Shown here: positions 25,203-25,237 of the stretch, one piece after another | Numbering within the stretch: the first letter of the stretch is position 1 | How the letters are laid out: every line of letters starts with the position of its first letter | Origin: Thermoproteota archaeon | Lineage (GTDB): Archaea; Thermoproteota; Thermoprotei; Gearchaeales; Gearchaeaceae | Direction: 5' to 3' | Assembly (NCBI GenBank): GCA_041641355.1 | Contig: JBEPYP010000001.1 | Span: 1 to 25,237, forward strand | DNA: 25,237 nt | Translations under genes and position numbers: made by a program | The notes under the pieces: generated by a model | The model's database searches: none | The model's input: only the letters and a program-made list of their open reading frames with translations | What the model was told of the DNA's origin: nothing

Positions 25203-25237
25203 ATGCCGGTAAGTAAGGAGTATTTGATCAAAAGGAT
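25203..25237 (+). CDS. Probable start of the next gene (DppB/OppB-type permease), truncated by the window end
   Basis: ATG CCG GTA AGT AAG GAG TAT TTG ATC AAA AGG gives MPVSKEYLIKR, matching the YLxKR opening of ABC permeases that follow family-5 binding proteins. Only 11 codons are visible. Confidence 0.5.
   Translation, partial: MPVSKEYLIKR

Noticed and set aside
1-25237. CRISPR array, rRNA, selenocysteine/pyrrolysine recoding, frameshifted pseudogenes
   Set aside because: No regularly spaced repeats or rRNA-like GC-rich stretch, and all recognised genes appear full-length without internal stops.

Overview
AT-rich, very gene-dense archaeal chromosome segment. The gene set looks TACK/Thermoproteota-like (inferred from the NusA2-type Zn/KH protein, SpeH-fold arginine decarboxylase-like protein, split-type tRNA endonuclease structural subunit and the Zn-ribbon/EF-1beta/Cdc48/FEN1 order). 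It is mostly housekeeping: translation (rpl40e, aspS, hisS, pth, EF-1beta, four intronless tRNAs: Val-CAC, Lys-CTT, Asp-GTC, Arg-TCT), DNA and protein maintenance (fen, cdc48, pcm), ether-lipid genes (DGGGP synthase, two GGR-family oxidoreductases), a full pstSCAB-phoU operon with a divergent AbrB-PhoU regulator, a polyamine/MTA-salvage neighbourhood, and the start of a peptide-type ABC transporter operon. Two real small genes missing from the ORF track were found (rpl40e and a Zn-ribbon protein). No CRISPR array, intact mobile element or clearly novel multi-gene system is visible. The most interesting unexplained signals are a candidate k-turn (L7Ae-type) ncRNA at about 22.33-22.40 kb, an AspRS with a mixed discriminating/non-discriminating signature, and a catalytically degenerate HTH-PRTase regulator sharing a palindromic promoter with the decarboxylase gene.
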